Origin: an uncultured Pelagibacteraceae bacterium
GTDB taxonomy: Bacteria; Pseudomonadota; Alphaproteobacteria; Pelagibacterales; Pelagibacteraceae
Reading direction: 5' to 3'
Assembly (NCBI GenBank): GCA_902552805.1
Contig: CACDIC010000003.1
Coordinates: 42,518-106,517 of the forward strand
Length of the DNA: 64,000 nt
Both the position numbers and the translations under genes were made by a program. Each line of letters opens with the position of its first letter. Within the stretch, counting starts at the first letter, position 1. A model generated the notes under the pieces. That model did not search any database. It saw nothing but the letters and a program-made list of their open reading frames with translations, and was not told the origin of the DNA. This document shows positions 1-8,400 of this stretch, piece by piece.

Positions 1-394
1 CTTTTTTCATAATCTTGACCATAATCTTTTCTTTTTTATTACTAGTCATCCATGCAAAACCTTGTTGCTTAATATCAAATTTAAATTTGTTATTTCCAGA
101 GGTTGCTATTACAGTATTATTTTTATTAAATTCATAACCAGCAGTAGTACTGATTTCATTTGCAATTTTTTCACCAGGTCTAAATGTTACAAATAATCTA
201 GCATCTCTTTTATTTGTTTTAGGAGATTGCAGAATTGGAGAAGACTGAGCAAAACATACTTTACCAGATGCTTCTGCTAAAACCATTGTTTCCCAATCTT
301 TATATTTACCAATTTTTTTTAGATCTTCTCCAAAAGATTTTGATGTGAATAAAAAAGTAAAAAATATAAATGTGAATAAAATCTTTTTAATCAT
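1..394 (-). CDS. Secreted/periplasmic protein, invasion-associated locus B (IalB)-like; 3' end runs off the window
   Basis: Translated by hand (not in ORF track): ATG at 394 overlaps the upstream TGA (ATGA). MIKKILFTFIFFTFLFTSKSFG signal-like N-terminus, then IGKYKDWE..GKVCFAQSSP..RLFVTFRP, typical of alphaproteobacterial IalB-family proteins. Confidence 0.7.
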   Translation of the reverse strand, partial: MIKKILFTFIFFTFLFTSKSFGEDLKKIGKYKDWETMVLAEASGKVCFAQSSPILQSPKTNKRDARLFVTFRPGEKIANEISTTAGYEFNKNNTVIATSGNNKFKFDIKQQGFAWMTSNKKEKIMVKIMKK

Positions 395-1431
395 GGACAT
401 GGATTTGGGAACATTTTTTGAATTTTATTAATCTCATTTAAAATTTCGCTTGATAAACTTACATTTACACTTTCTATATTTGTTTTCAACTGCTCGATTG
501 TCGTTGCACCTATTATCACACTTGTCATAAATGGCTGAATTTCACAAAACTTCAATGACATTTGAGTAAAATCAATATTGAATTTTTGCGATAACTTATA
601 ATACTCTTCGATAGCTTTTTGACCATTTTCATTTTTATATCTTGTGAAATCTTTAAATAGTTTCATTCTTGATTTTTCTGGTAAATTATTATTTCTATAT
701 TTTCCTGTTAAGTATCCGAATGCTAAAGGCGAGTAGGCTAACAAACCACTTTTCTCCCTAACAGAAATTTCTGCAAGTCCAACTTCATAAGTTCTATTAA
801 GTAAATTGTATGGATTTTGCACCGACATCATTTTTGGTAAATCTTTTAATTTTGATATTTCAAGAAATTTTGATAAACCCCATGCAGTTTCATTAGATAG
901 ACCAATGTATCTAATTTTACCTTGTTCAATAAATTTTTTTAAACTTTCAAGTATTTCCTCAAATGGTGTCCAATCATTATCGTTTTCGTCGTGTTCATAA
1001 CCATGTTTCCCAAAAAAATTTGTATTTCTCTCTGGCCAATGAAGTTGATAGAGATCGATATAGTCTGTTTTCAATCTTTTGAGACTTTCCTCTAAAGCTT
1101 CAGAAATTTTTTTTTTCCCAAAATTATAACCACCACCCCTGATATATTTGTTTGAAGTATTACCACAAACTTTTGTTGCTATAATAACCTTGTCTCTTTT
1201 TTTAGTTTTTTGAAACCAGTTACCGATTATTCTCTCTGTTTCCCCATATGTTTCTTCTCTCATCGGTATGGAATAGATTTCTGCAGTGTCCCAGAAGTTT
1301 ACACCATGATCTAAAGCATAATCCATTTGCTGAAATCCCTCATCTTGAGAATTTTGTTCGCCCCAGGTCATAGTACCGAGACAAATTGTACTCACATCTA
1401 GATCTGTATTGCCTAATTTTTTATAATTCAT
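391..1431 (-). CDS. NADP(H)-dependent aldo/keto reductase (Tas-like)
   Basis: LGTMTWGEQ, DTAEIY, IATKV, DLYQLHWP, IGLSNET, QNPYNLLNR, AYSPLAFG motifs. Confidence 0.93.
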   Translation of the reverse strand: MNYKKLGNTDLDVSTICLGTMTWGEQNSQDEGFQQMDYALDHGVNFWDTAEIYSIPMREETYGETERIIGNWFQKTKKRDKVIIATKVCGNTSNKYIRGGGYNFGKKKISEALEESLKRLKTDYIDLYQLHWPERNTNFFGKHGYEHDENDNDWTPFEEILESLKKFIEQGKIRYIGLSNETAWGLSKFLEISKLKDLPKMMSVQNPYNLLNRTYEVGLAEISVREKSGLLAYSPLAFGYLTGKYRNNNLPEKSRMKLFKDFTRYKNENGQKAIEEYYKLSQKFNIDFTQMSLKFCEIQPFMTSVIIGATTIEQLKTNIESVNVSLSSEILNEINKIQKMFPNPCP

Positions 1432-1474
1432 AGTGATTTTTAAAGTATAATTTTTTATTAATCTTTTAAGGTAT

Positions 1475-1500
1475 CTTGAATATTTAGTAAAAGACTATAT
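1475..1500 (+). promoter_or_regulatory. Candidate sigma32(RpoH)/sigma70-type promoter of the BI-1/YccA gene
   Basis: CTTGAA (1475-1480), 14 bp, CTATAT (1495-1500), 13 nt before the ATG; resembles alphaproteobacterial RpoH consensus. Confidence 0.4.
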
Positions 1501-1513
1501 ATCTATAGAAATT

Positions 1514-2278
1514 ATGGCAACAGACAAAAAAGGTATTCTAGCAAGAGCGAGAGCAGCAGCACGTGAAACCACAGCTGTTACTGATGAGGGCTTAAGAGCC
1601 TACATGTTAAAGGTTTATAACTACATGGCGACTGGAATATTGCTTACAGGAATTATAGCTTTAATAACATTTAAGATGTCAGTCGTTACTGATGCAAGTG
1701 GTTCTATCGTAGCTTTAACCGAGGTTGGAAATGCCATTTATTTATCAGGACTTAAGTGGATAGTAATGTTAGCTCCTTTGGGTGTTGTGTTTTATATGAG
1801 TTTTGGCATCAATAAGATGAGTGCATCAAAAGCTCAGACAACTTTTTGGATTTTTGCTGCTTTAATGGGGTTATCACTTTCTTCAATTTTATTAGTTTAC
1901 ACAGGTTTAAGTGTAACAAGAGTATTTTTTATTTGTTCCGCAACTTTTGGTGCTATGAGCATTTATGGTTACACAACTAAGAGAGATTTAACTAAGTTTG
2001 GATCATTTTTGATGATGGGATTAATAGGAATTATTATTGCATCATTAGTTAATATTTTTCTAAAATCTTCGATGATGTATTTCGTGATTTCAATTTTAGG
2101 GGTTTTAATTTTTGTTGGCCTTACTGCCTATGATACTCAAAAAATAAAAAACATGTATTCTGCTAGCGATACTGGTGAGTTAATGGGTAAAAAAGCGGTA
2201 ATGGGTGCTCTAACTCTTTACTTAGATTTCATTAACTTATTTATTATGCTCCTTAGACTTTTCGGTCAAAGAAGATAA
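1514..2278 (+). CDS. Bax inhibitor-1/YccA family membrane protein
   Basis: DEGLRAYMLKVYNYM N-terminus, about 7 TM helices, YDTQKIK and LYLDFINLF motifs. Confidence 0.93.
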   Translation: MATDKKGILARARAAARETTAVTDEGLRAYMLKVYNYMATGILLTGIIALITFKMSVVTDASGSIVALTEVGNAIYLSGLKWIVMLAPLGVVFYMSFGINKMSASKAQTTFWIFAALMGLSLSSILLVYTGLSVTRVFFICSATFGAMSIYGYTTKRDLTKFGSFLMMGLIGIIIASLVNIFLKSSMMYFVISILGVLIFVGLTAYDTQKIKNMYSASDTGELMGKKAVMGALTLYLDFINLFIMLLRLFGQRR

Positions 2279-2285
2279 TTTTACT

Positions 2286-2627
2286 TTAAAGTTTTTTCCA
2301 ATTAGTATTTTTTAGCAATAAATTAAGTTCTGAAGAATTCTTTAGTATTTTACCATTGGTATCAGTAATTAAATATTTTAAATTTTTATTTTTTGGCTTA
2401 AAGTTTTTGCAAATTTTATAAATAGCATTTTCAGCTGCATTTTTAAAAACACTAAATCCTACCTGTTTGCTTGAAATGTTAAGACCGTAATCTTTCCAAG
2501 AACCCTCTGAAACCATTTTTGCATATAAATCTAATATTATTTTAAGCTCATTTTTTTCAAAAAAATGATTTTCATTAAATTTTTTTTTATCAAGATTATT
2601 AACAACTAGTCTTAAATTATTCTTCAT
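2286..2627 (-). CDS. DUF2794-like alphaproteobacterial conserved protein
   Basis: F..ELK.IL.LYAKMVS.G.WKDY motif. Confidence 0.75.
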   Translation of the reverse strand: MKNNLRLVVNNLDKKKFNENHFFEKNELKIILDLYAKMVSEGSWKDYGLNISSKQVGFSVFKNAAENAIYKICKNFKPKNKNLKYLITDTNGKILKNSSELNLLLKNTNWKKL

Positions 2628-3171
2628 GAGTTTTATATTTATTGATTAAACCGATTTGAAAGGCTGTAAAAATGAAAGTTATTGGAAGTAAACCCCAGAC
2701 TTTAAAGTTAACCCAAAATTCCTCAGATTGCGTTCTCCAAACTAATTCATTTAAAATAGCAAGTCCAAAGAAAAAGTATATCCATCTTTTACTTAACAAT
2801 TCCCAACCTTCGTTTGTAAGTGGTATTGATTTTCCCATTAATTTTTTTAACACAGGTTCATTTGTAAAATATCTTCCAAATATTAAAGCCAGACCAAATA
2901 AAATATTAATGATTGTTGGCTTAATGTAAATAAAAACTGGATTATCAAAATAAATTGTAAGGCCACCAAAAAAAGTAATTAATATTCCGCTCAATAAAGG
3001 AACTTTGGGTATTTTTTTTTCTAAAAACCAAACAATCGCTAATGCTATAATTGTCGCAATTATAAACGGGGGAATGGCTACTCTTAAATCTTTTCCACTA
3101 TCGTAATAGTAGTAAAAAAAAATTACTAAAGGTCCAAAATCAGTAAGAAACTTTAAAAAAGATTTATTCAC
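2617..3171 (-). CDS. ispZ: Intracellular septation protein A (YciB/IspZ)
   Basis: DFGPL, FIYIKPTI, WVNFKVWG motifs; GTG start. Confidence 0.9.
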   Translation of the reverse strand: MNKSFLKFLTDFGPLVIFFYYYYDSGKDLRVAIPPFIIATIIALAIVWFLEKKIPKVPLLSGILITFFGGLTIYFDNPVFIYIKPTIINILFGLALIFGRYFTNEPVLKKLMGKSIPLTNEGWELLSKRWIYFFFGLAILNELVWRTQSEEFWVNFKVWGLLPITFIFTAFQIGLINKYKTHEE

Positions 3172-3223
3172 TGGAAGAATATTAACATAAATAATATTTT
3201 CACAAAAACTATAAATTTTTCTT

Positions 3224-3252
3224 ATTGATTTTTGTTTTTAAATACCCATACT
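3224..3252 (+). promoter_or_regulatory. Candidate sigma32 heat-shock promoter of hspQ; near-leaderless transcript
   Basis: ATTGAT (3224-3229), 15 bp, CCCATACT (3245-3252), 7 nt before ATG 3260; matches CTTGAA-N13-15-CCCCATNT and precedes a heat-shock gene. Confidence 0.55.
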
Positions 3253-3259
3253 AATCTCA

Positions 3260-3580
3260 ATGCCAATTCAAAAAGCTAAATTCTCAATAGGCGATATTGT
3301 AAAACACAAACACTTTGAGTTTAGAGGTGTGATTTATGATGTAGATTTTGAGTTTAATAATTCTGAAGAATGGTATCAATCTATTCCTAAGAATGTTAGA
3401 CCAAGAAAAGATCAACCATTCTATCATTTGTTAGCCGAAAACGATGAAATAACTTATGAAGCCTATGTATCAGAGCAAAATTTATTGACTGATGACTCTG
3501 ATGAGCCAATCAAACATCCATTAATTGAGGAAATTTTCTCTGGTAAAAAAGGTTCGAGCTATTTTAAGCCGTCAAATTAA
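3260..3580 (+). CDS. hspQ: Heat shock protein HspQ (YccV family)
   Basis: KFSIGDIVKH..FRGVIYDVD, RPRKDQPFYHLLAE, AYVSEQNL. Confidence 0.92.
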   Translation: MPIQKAKFSIGDIVKHKHFEFRGVIYDVDFEFNNSEEWYQSIPKNVRPRKDQPFYHLLAENDEITYEAYVSEQNLLTDDSDEPIKHPLIEEIFSGKKGSSYFKPSN

Positions 3581-3640
3581 GTAAATTCACTTTTTAAACA
3601 CATTTAGCTCAAATCTTTGTCACAGGGTATTGTTAAATTT

Positions 3641-3713
3641 AATTAATTCTGATCAAGAGTGTTAAATTTTACCCTTCGTTATTATCTCCCTCTACATTCT
3701 TGATCAGATAATT
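3641..3713 (+). ncRNA. Candidate structured RNA or regulatory hairpin of unknown class
   Basis: 15-bp stem TCTGATCAAGAGTGT (3648-3662) / ACATTCTTGATCAGA (3694-3708) with one G-U pair on the + strand; extension AATTA/TAATT; 31-nt pyrimidine-rich loop; lies in a 179-bp spacer. Confidence 0.45.
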
Positions 3714-3759
3714 ATTTCGTACTAAATAACCCTAATATTAATTTTAAAAATAAAATTTT

Positions 3760-4467
3760 ATGTTTCAATTACTAGAACCTAATAGAATTTTTTCTATAAC
3801 TTCTAAAGCACCAAAATACGTTTTATTATTATTCATTTTGGTAGTCTCTATAGGTTTGACTGAGGCTCTGATTCTCTCACCAGAAGATTATAAACAAAGT
3901 CACTCTGTAAGAATAATGTATGTTCATGTTCCAGCTGCATGGATCTCACTAGGTATCTTTTCTACTATCACTGTTCTTTCTATCGTTGGTTATATATTTA
4001 AGATTAAAAATTTCTTTTTAATTTCAAAGAGTTTGGCGCCGTCAGGATTTGTTTTTAATGTAATTGCACTTGTAACTGGTTCTATTTGGGGAAAGCCCAC
4101 GTGGGGAACATGGTGGGCGTGGGATGCCAGAATTACTTCTATGTTAATATTGGCATTTTTTTATTTGATGTATTTAATTGCTTGTAGAATTTACGAAGAT
4201 AAAGAACAAGTTTTTAAAGTAACTTCAATTATTACAATTTTAGGAATAATAAATGTTCCTATAATTAAATATTCTGTAGATTGGTGGAACACACTTCATC
4301 AGCCTGCATCAATTAATATATTATCAAAATCTACTATTCATTCTTCGATGCTCGTTCCTTTACTGATTATGACTGCGGCATTTGCCCTATTCTCATTGCT
4401 AATTTTTTTAATGAAATATAATACAGAACTGATAAAAATTAAAAATAAGGGTTTAGACAGATTATGA
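3760..4467 (+). CDS. ccmC: Heme exporter/cytochrome c biogenesis protein CcmC
   Basis: HVPAAW, WGKPTWGTWWAWDAR (WWD domain), WWNTLHQ. Confidence 0.96.
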   Translation: MFQLLEPNRIFSITSKAPKYVLLLFILVVSIGLTEALILSPEDYKQSHSVRIMYVHVPAAWISLGIFSTITVLSIVGYIFKIKNFFLISKSLAPSGFVFNVIALVTGSIWGKPTWGTWWAWDARITSMLILAFFYLMYLIACRIYEDKEQVFKVTSIITILGIINVPIIKYSVDWWNTLHQPASINILSKSTIHSSMLVPLLIMTAAFALFSLLIFLMKYNTELIKIKNKGLDRL

Positions 4468-4691
4468 TAAATGAATTTTTTTATATGAATGGATACGGAA
4501 TTTATGTTTGGGGTTCATTCGCTTTTACTTTCTTAAGTTTTATGTCATTGTACCTGGTAATCAAAAATCAATATGAAAAAGAAAAAAATAAGTTTATTGT
4601 TAAATTTGGAAACCTAAACTCTGAGAGAGCTGCCTCTGCTAGACTACAAAGAATTAATAGAGAGATTCTATCCAACACTTCAACTATTTAA
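4464..4691 (+). CDS. ccmD: Heme exporter protein CcmD
   Basis: MNGYGIYVWGSF plus single TM and basic tail; between ccmC and ccmE. Confidence 0.85.
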   Translation: MINEFFYMNGYGIYVWGSFAFTFLSFMSLYLVIKNQYEKEKNKFIVKFGNLNSERAASARLQRINREILSNTSTI

Positions 4692-4701
4692 CTTTTAAAC
4701 C

Positions 4702-5121
4702 ATGTATGGTCGTAAAGTTAAACTAAGATTTTTTTTTATATTCTTAATCGCTGTAACATTGAGTTTAACGATATTCCTTATTCTAAAATCATTAGAAGAA
4801 AATGTTGTATATTTTAAATCTCCATCTGAGATAAAAACTTTATCTGAAATGCAGCAAAAGAAGATTAGAATTGGAGGAATGGTAAAAACTGACTCAATTT
4901 CTATTGTAAATAAAGAATTAAGTTTTGTTATTACAGACTTTAAAAGTGAAATAAATGTTGTTTACTCAGGATTAATACCCAACCTTTTTGAAGAAGGTAA
5001 GGGTGTTGTTGCAGAGGGATTTTTAAAAGATGAGAATTTTTTTTCAGCAACGAAAATTTTAGCTAAACATGATGAAAATTATATGCCTCCTGAAGTAAAG
5101 GCTGCTTTAGAGGAGAAATAA
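4702..5121 (+). CDS. ccmE: Heme chaperone CcmE
   Basis: [29 protein letters not shown] heme-binding motif. Confidence 0.96.
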   Translation: MYGRKVKLRFFFIFLIAVTLSLTIFLILKSLEENVVYFKSPSEIKTLSEMQQKKIRIGGMVKTDSISIVNKELSFVITDFKSEINVVYSGLIPNLFEEGKGVVAEGFLKDENFFSATKILAKHDENYMPPEVKAALEEK

Positions 5122-5122
5122 A

Positions 5123-7000
5123 TTGTCGAGTTTAATTGGATATTATTCTTTAATTTTTGGTGTTGGTGTTTCAATTTTAGTTATATTTTTTTCGATTAAA
5201 AATTTTAATGATACTCAGAAGTTAGATACTAAAGTAATATCGTTAGTATTCTTACAGCTTTTATTTGTGATAATTAGCTTCTCAGGCTTAATTTTATCGT
5301 TTGTTAACTCAGATTTTAGTAACGAGACAGTTTTTAATCACTCCCATACAACTAAGCCTCTTTTCTATAAAATCTCTGGGACCTGGGGCAATCATGAGGG
5401 TAGTCTATTATTGTGGTTGTTAGTTTTAACATTATTTATATTTGTCTTTTTACTGAGGTCAAAAAATCAACCAAAACAATATAAAATTTTAACTTTATTA
5501 TTCCAACAGATAATTATAATCGGTTTTTTTATTTTTCTTATACAAACCTCCAATCCTTTTAATCATGTTTTTCCAGTTCCAAAAGAGGGGTTAGGTTTAA
5601 ATCCTATATTGCAAGACCCTGCATTAGCAATTCACCCGCCAATTTTATATCTAGGCTACGTTGGAACTTCTATAATTTTTTCCTCAGCACTAGCAGCAGT
5701 TTGCTCCAATAATATTACAAAAATATGGGCATCACATATCAAAAAATGGGTTTTAGTTTCTTGGATTTTCTTAACTTTAGGAATTTTACTTGGATCCATT
5801 TGGGCTTACTACGAGTTAGGATGGGGAGGTTTTTGGTTTTGGGATCCAGTTGAAAATGTATCTTTAATGCCATGGTTTGCATTAACAACACTATTACATT
5901 GTGTATTAGTTTTAGAAAAAAAGCTAATTCTTACCTCGTGGGTTGTTGTGTTATCAATTGCAACTTTTACCCTAAGTATGTGTGGTACTTTTTTGGTTCG
6001 ATCAGGTATTTTAAATTCTGTCCATACATTTGCTAATGATCCAGAGAGAGGTTTGTATATTCTAATATTTTTATTTATTTTGATATTCTTATCTTTTTTT
6101 ATATTTTTAATTTTTCATAAAAGTGAAAACAACAATTCCAAAACTTTCTACTTATTAAGTAAGGAAACATCAATTCTAGTTAATAATTGGTTTATGATGT
6201 ATTTTTTATCTGTTGTTTTAATTGGAACAATTTATCCAATATTTTTAGAGGTTATTTCATCTCAAAAAATATCTGTAGGCCCACCATTTTTTAACAAATT
6301 GATCCTACCATTTTTAATCCCATTTATGTTAGCGATGGCAATAGGACCTAAATTAAAGTGGATTAAATCAGATATTGAAGACAAAATTTATTTAATTTCA
6401 TTTTTTGTAATTTCTTTAATTTTATCAGTATTGATAATTAGAAATTTAGATATTAATTTTCTTTACAATACTATTCTTATTACAGCGGCTTTTTATTTAT
6501 TTTTTATAACTCTTAGAGATTTTTTTCACAGAAAATATAGAAACCTGTCGCAAATTACTGCTCATTTTAGTTTTAGCATTTTGATACTTAGTATTTTATT
6601 TAATAATATTTTTTCATCTGAAGTTATTACAAATTTAAAAATTAATGAAACTTACCAAGCTCAAAATTTGAAGATTAATTTTGAGAGCATTGAGCAAGAA
6701 AATAAACAAAATTTTAAAGCAATCAGAGGTAAGTTTATTGTGGAAGATCAAAGTGGATTAATTGAGGTCATGCAACCTGAGCTAAGAATATATAATCAAC
6801 CAAACATTGTTACTAGTGAAGCAGATATCAAAACTAATATATTCACTGATAAATTTATGACAATGAATTATGTCCAAAATCAAGATTATTTTAATATTCG
6901 TTATCAAGTAAAGCCATTTATGATTTGGATTTGGATTTCTACAATTCTATTGTGCTTTAGTGGCTGTTTATCTTTAATTAGAAGAAAATATGAAAACTAA
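5123..7000 (+). CDS. ccmF: Cytochrome c heme lyase subunit CcmF
   Basis: WGNHEGS, GLNPILQ..HPP, WGGFWFWDPVEN, SVHTFA; TTG start. Confidence 0.96.
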   Translation: MSSLIGYYSLIFGVGVSILVIFFSIKNFNDTQKLDTKVISLVFLQLLFVIISFSGLILSFVNSDFSNETVFNHSHTTKPLFYKISGTWGNHEGSLLLWLLVLTLFIFVFLLRSKNQPKQYKILTLLFQQIIIIGFFIFLIQTSNPFNHVFPVPKEGLGLNPILQDPALAIHPPILYLGYVGTSIIFSSALAAVCSNNITKIWASHIKKWVLVSWIFLTLGILLGSIWAYYELGWGGFWFWDPVENVSLMPWFALTTLLHCVLVLEKKLILTSWVVVLSIATFTLSMCGTFLVRSGILNSVHTFANDPERGLYILIFLFILIFLSFFIFLIFHKSENNNSKTFYLLSKETSILVNNWFMMYFLSVVLIGTIYPIFLEVISSQKISVGPPFFNKLILPFLIPFMLAMAIGPKLKWIKSDIEDKIYLISFFVISLILSVLIIRNLDINFLYNTILITAAFYLFFITLRDFFHRKYRNLSQITAHFSFSILILSILFNNIFSSEVITNLKINETYQAQNLKINFESIEQENKQNFKAIRGKFIVEDQSGLIEVMQPELRIYNQPNIVTSEADIKTNIFTDKFMTMNYVQNQDYFNIRYQVKPFMIWIWISTILLCFSGCLSLIRRKYEN

Positions 7001-7508
7001 AATTTTTCCTATTTTTTTAATTTTTACATTCTCAATAATTTTCTTTGTTTTCTACAAAGGATTACAAAATACAAATATTTATACACCTGAAATAAAATCA
7101 GAAATTAAAATTCCAAATTTTGACACAAAAGAGTTTTTTTCAAAAAACAAAATAAACTCAGATCAGATTTTTATAGGAAGTGATTATTATTTATTAAACA
7201 TTTGGGCTTCATGGTGTGTTCCTTGCAAAGATGAACATAAGTATCTAATGGATTTAAGTGAAAAAGAGAACATCAAAATTATTGGGCAAAATTATAAAGA
7301 TAATTTTGATAACGCAAAAAATTTTTTGATTAATTTAGATAATCCATACGATTTAATTTTTTTAGATAATGATGGTACGATAGCTATTGAATGGGGCGCA
7401 TATGGCGTACCTGAAACCTTTTTAATTCAAAACAATAAAATCATAAAAAAAATAATTGGTCCACTGAATGAAAAATTACTTTTTGAGATAAAAGAATTGA
7501 CACAATGA
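6990..7508 (+). CDS. ccmG: Thiol:disulfide oxidoreductase CcmG/DsbE
   Basis: NIWASWCVPC thioredoxin motif, GAYGVPETF. Confidence 0.93.
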   Translation: MKTKIFPIFLIFTFSIIFFVFYKGLQNTNIYTPEIKSEIKIPNFDTKEFFSKNKINSDQIFIGSDYYLLNIWASWCVPCKDEHKYLMDLSEKENIKIIGQNYKDNFDNAKNFLINLDNPYDLIFLDNDGTIAIEWGAYGVPETFLIQNNKIIKKIIGPLNEKLLFEIKELTQ

Positions 7509-7876
7509 ATATTTTAAAATTTTTAATTTCTGGGATTTTATTGATTTACTGTTTTTCTTCTGATTTAAAAGCTAAAAACTTAGAAATTGAAATAACAAAA
7601 AATTTAAGATGTTTAATTTGTCAAGGACAATCAGTGTACGATTCAGATTCTGAATTTGCTAATAGTTTAAAAATTTTAGTAGAAAAAAAATTAAATGAAG
7701 GGTTAAACGAAAAACAAATTTATGTTTATCTTAAAGATAAATATGGAGATTGGATTCTGTATGATCCAGGATTCAGTAAAAATACCTATTTTCTTTGGTT
7801 ATTACCTATATTGATGTTTATATTTGGTGGTGCAATAATACTCAGGAAAGTTATATTAAAAAAAAAAAAATTATGA
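7505..7876 (+). CDS. ccmH: Cytochrome c biogenesis protein CcmH (CycL-type, no TPR domain)
   Basis: LRCLICQGQSV motif, YGDWILYDP, C-terminal TM. Confidence 0.92.
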   Translation: MNILKFLISGILLIYCFSSDLKAKNLEIEITKNLRCLICQGQSVYDSDSEFANSLKILVEKKLNEGLNEKQIYVYLKDKYGDWILYDPGFSKNTYFLWLLPILMFIFGGAIILRKVILKKKKL

Positions 7877-8388
7877 ATTATCTAAGAATTTGTTATTTGG
7901 TATTATTGTCTTTTTTTATTTCTTCATCAATCTTTGCTGAAGACACTAAAGTTAGTAATGATAATACAAAGTTTAATATTTATTCAGGCATGTTTGACTT
8001 TAGTGATAATGGAAAGAGGTCAACTTTAATTGGATTTCAACATCAAAATACAGATCTAAATAGAGATACTTTTCTTGGTAATCTTTCTCCCATAACAGGA
8101 TTTATGTTTACTGCTGATAGTGCAGCTTATCTCTATACTGGTGTGCAGGCTCAATATTCATTAGGAGCATTAAATATCATACCGAGTTTTACTCCAGGAC
8201 TTTATAACAAGGGAGACGGCAAAGATCTTGGGCATCTATTAGAATTTAAAAGCGAAGTTCAGATTTCTTTAAATTTATTTCAAAATACCCAATTAGGCTT
8301 ATCATATAATCATTTGTCCAATGCAAGTTTGGGAGATAAAAATCCTGGGGCAAATAGTTATATGTTTAATTTTCTTAAAACCTTTTAA
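7873..8388 (+). CDS. Outer-membrane acyloxyacyl hydrolase / lipid A 3-O-deacylase (PagL-like beta-barrel)
   Basis: Start reassigned to ATG 7873 (ATGA overlap with ccmH stop, signal peptide follows); HLSNASLGDKNPGAN catalytic His-Ser motif; C-terminal Phe. Confidence 0.8.
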   Translation: MNYLRICYLVLLSFFISSSIFAEDTKVSNDNTKFNIYSGMFDFSDNGKRSTLIGFQHQNTDLNRDTFLGNLSPITGFMFTADSAAYLYTGVQAQYSLGALNIIPSFTPGLYNKGDGKDLGHLLEFKSEVQISLNLFQNTQLGLSYNHLSNASLGDKNPGANSYMFNFLKTF

Positions 8389-8400
8389 AAAATACATTCT

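Noticed and set aside
3180-3207. dif-like site (TATTAACATAA-ATAATA-...)
   Set aside because: Only the XerD-like arm resembles consensus; the other arm does not; AT-rich promoter region
3620-3735. 6S RNA as the identity of the hspQ-ccmC hairpin
   Set aside because: Large terminal loop rather than a central bubble, shorter than expected, and not in the usual zapA/ygfA context; cannot be fully excluded without Rfam
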